A stretch of DNA of 64,000 nucleotides, taken from Fimicolochytrium jonesii. Its lineage: Eukaryota. Of this stretch, positions 62,049 through 64,000 are shown piece by piece. Both the position numbers and the translations under genes were made by a program. The notes below the pieces were generated by a model. It made no database searches, was not told the DNA's origin, and worked only from the letters and a program-made list of their open reading frames with translations. The stretch lies in NCBI RefSeq assembly GCF_025526975.1, contig NW_026515704.1, positions 186,001-250,000 on the forward strand, read 5' to 3'. The stretch's first letter is position 1. Every line of letters begins with the position of its first letter.

Positions 62049-64000
62049 ATGCCGACCCCTCGCCCGGCGGCCCACACCTCATCTTCCACATCCTCCTCAC
62101 CGCGTCCTGTTCCCACGACCAGCAAATCCGCCGGCCCTCGTGTAAGCAACTCCCCACGAAGCAGAGACAAGGCTCGAAAAGGCACCAGCAGCCACTCTGC
62201 ACCGTCTGGCAACGCGAAATACACGCTGGTCGACGAAGACGACGAAACGACGAACGACTTTCTAATGAGTGACGTCAGCCCGGTGAGTGAGTGGGGAATC
62301 AGTGCTGTGCTGCCTTGCCATCTGTGTCACCTCCAGTCTGGTCATACTTCCGAATTCTCACGCTGTTTGTTCGTCTATAAGCAGCATCCCAGCAGCTCGC
62401 ATAATCGGGATCTTGCACACGGACATGACTCGGATTCCGAGTCGGATTCTGGTCATGGGACGCAACAGAGTGGGGCGGAGTCCGCCAAGTCGTTGATACA
62501 AGGAGACAAAAGGTCGTCACGGGGAAAGAAGAAGGGGAGGCGGAATAGGAATGCATCCAGAAATACTGGGGGAGCAGTCGTGTCTCACGCGCCGAGCATC
62601 ATGGACGGGTTGGAAGAGCCGTCCACTGAACACGGCGGGCGGTTACTTTATGCGGACTCTCTGGTCAATCCACCCGCCAACTACACGAACCCAGTCGCCC
62701 CAGTCACACCTCTGACCGCGACAGAGTTCCTCGCCATCGTTGCAGAAGTGCGAGCTGCCATTGCTGAAGGCATATACCCAACCCTTATCTCGCAAGGCTC
62801 GAGCGGTTCCTATTTCTGCAAGAACCGAGCAGGAGAGATCGTCGGCGTGTTCAAGCCGAAGAACGAAGAGCCATATGGACACCTCAACCCGAAATGGACC
62901 AAATGGATCCATAAGAATTTGTTCCCGTGTTGTTTCGGAAGGAGCTGCATAATACCTAATCTCGGCTACATCAGTGAAGCCGCCGCGAGCTTCATCGACC
63001 GTCGTTTGGAACTCCGCGTCGTGCCACGGACGGAAGTCATCTACTTGGCCAGCCCAACGTTCTACTACTCGCGAAAAGATTGGAAGGCGTACACGAAGGG
63101 AGGCGAGCTTCCCGAGAAGGTTGGGTCCTTCCAAGTGTTCTTGAAAGGATACAAGGACGCTACCCGGTTTTTCCGCGAAGGATATGAGAAGATGCGGAGA
63201 TCCAACTCCACGTCTCTTCCTGCATCGAACCGCGCGTCGGCGGAGAACCTGCCGCGACAGTTTCGGTCGTCAGGCAATCAGGCCAACGCAAACTCACCTT
63301 ACGAATGGAGCGAGCGCGCGCGAATGGAGTTCCAATGGGGCTTTGAGAGGCTTGCGGTGCTCGATTACCTGATACGGAACACTGATAGAGGACTGGATAA
63401 TTGGATGGTCAAATACGACGAGGCGCGTGATGAAGCGGAAAAGTTGGCGGATTTGGAAGGTGCGATGCAGGGGCCTCGAGGTGCAGAAGCTCCGACGGTA
63501 CCGCCATTGTCAACCACAATCGATATCGCGGACCCGGCTTTCGATTCTGGTCACGATGACGATAGTGCGCCGCTGATCAATGGTGTGGCTGACGCGATAT
63601 CCTCGACTGCCGACAAGCTCCACTCCCGGGTTCCCGATCAGGCGTCCCATGACGTCTCAGCTTCCGGAGATTCCTCAATCGTCGTCGACACCCCCGCCGC
63701 ATCCCCCCACCACACCGGCCTCACCTCCCCCGACTCCCAACCCCCCATCATCCAAGTTGCCGCGATCGACAACGGCCTCGCCTTCCCCTACAAGCACCCG
63801 GACCGCTGGCGCTCCTACCCCTTCGGCTGGTCCTACCTCCCCGCCTCGCGCATCCCCTTCTCGTCCGAAACACGCATGCACGTCCTGCACCTCCTCACCT
63901 CCCCCTCCTGGTGGCGCGAGACGATGGACGGCCTCGAACGCCTGTTCCGCATCGACGCGGATTTCTCTGAACGCATGTGGCGCAAACAGCGCGCGGTTGT
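62049..64000 (+). CDS. LSB6: Type II phosphatidylinositol 4-kinase, truncated by window end
   Basis: Open frame from ATG 62049 with ISQGSSGSYF, VFKPKNEEPYG, GYISEAAAS, KVGSFQVF, LDYLIRNTDRG and AAIDNGLAFP. Probable in-frame intron from 62283. Confidence 0.95.
   Translation, partial: MPTPRPAAHTSSSTSSSPRPVPTTSKSAGPRVSNSPRSRDKARKGTSSHSAPSGNAKYTLVDEDDETTNDFLMSDVSPVSEWGISAVLPCHLCHLQSGHTSEFSRCLFVYKQHPSSSHNRDLAHGHDSDSESDSGHGTQQSGAESAKSLIQGDKRSSRGKKKGRRNRNASRNTGGAVVSHAPSIMDGLEEPSTEHGGRLLYADSLVNPPANYTNPVAPVTPLTATEFLAIVAEVRAAIAEGIYPTLISQGSSGSYFCKNRAGEIVGVFKPKNEEPYGHLNPKWTKWIHKNLFPCCFGRSCIIPNLGYISEAAASFIDRRLELRVVPRTEVIYLASPTFYYSRKDWKAYTKGGELPEKVGSFQVFLKGYKDATRFFREGYEKMRRSNSTSLPASNRASAENLPRQFRSSGNQANANSPYEWSERARMEFQWGFERLAVLDYLIRNTDRGLDNWMVKYDEARDEAEKLADLEGAMQGPRGAEAPTVPPLSTTIDIADPAFDSGHDDDSAPLINGVADAISSTADKLHSRVPDQASHDVSASGDSSIVVDTPAASPHHTGLTSPDSQPPIIQVAAIDNGLAFPYKHPDRWRSYPFGWSYLPASRIPFSSETRMHVLHLLTSPSWWRETMDGLERLFRIDADFSERMWRKQRAV

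Overview
Eukaryotic nuclear DNA from a gene-dense fungal genome with short (about 60-130 nt) spliceosomal introns. It is probably a zoosporic (chytrid-type) fungus; this is inferred from a FAM184-family gene, a bromodomain-bearing TAF1 and the intron style. Recognisable housekeeping genes are an M28 membrane peptidase, an FBPase/SBPase-family phosphatase, histone H4, TAF1, NF-YC/HAP5, a Sel1-repeat protein, UCH-L3/YUH1, SDS22, MRPS16, GUP1, EIF1AD, DPH2, FAM184, TRS130/TRAPPC10, a WD40 protein, BRR2 and a type II PI4-kinase cut by the window end. Several small hypothetical genes are also present, including a 4-exon gene the ORF track misses. The most unusual signals are: (1) a decayed C2H2 zinc-finger + PD-(D/E)XK-like nuclease gene resembling giant-virus (NCLDV) genes at the left edge, inside about 3.4 kb of degenerate DNA; (2) a recurrent C-rich-then-G-rich polarity within genes; (3) TAF1 with one bromodomain and no zinc knuckle; (4) an intronless SBPase-like gene; (5) a candidate 6-nt micro-exon and a GC-AG intron; (6) small MITE- and Helitron-like relics. 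All homology calls come from motif recognition by eye, not from database searches. No rRNA, tRNA or CRISPR array was seen.
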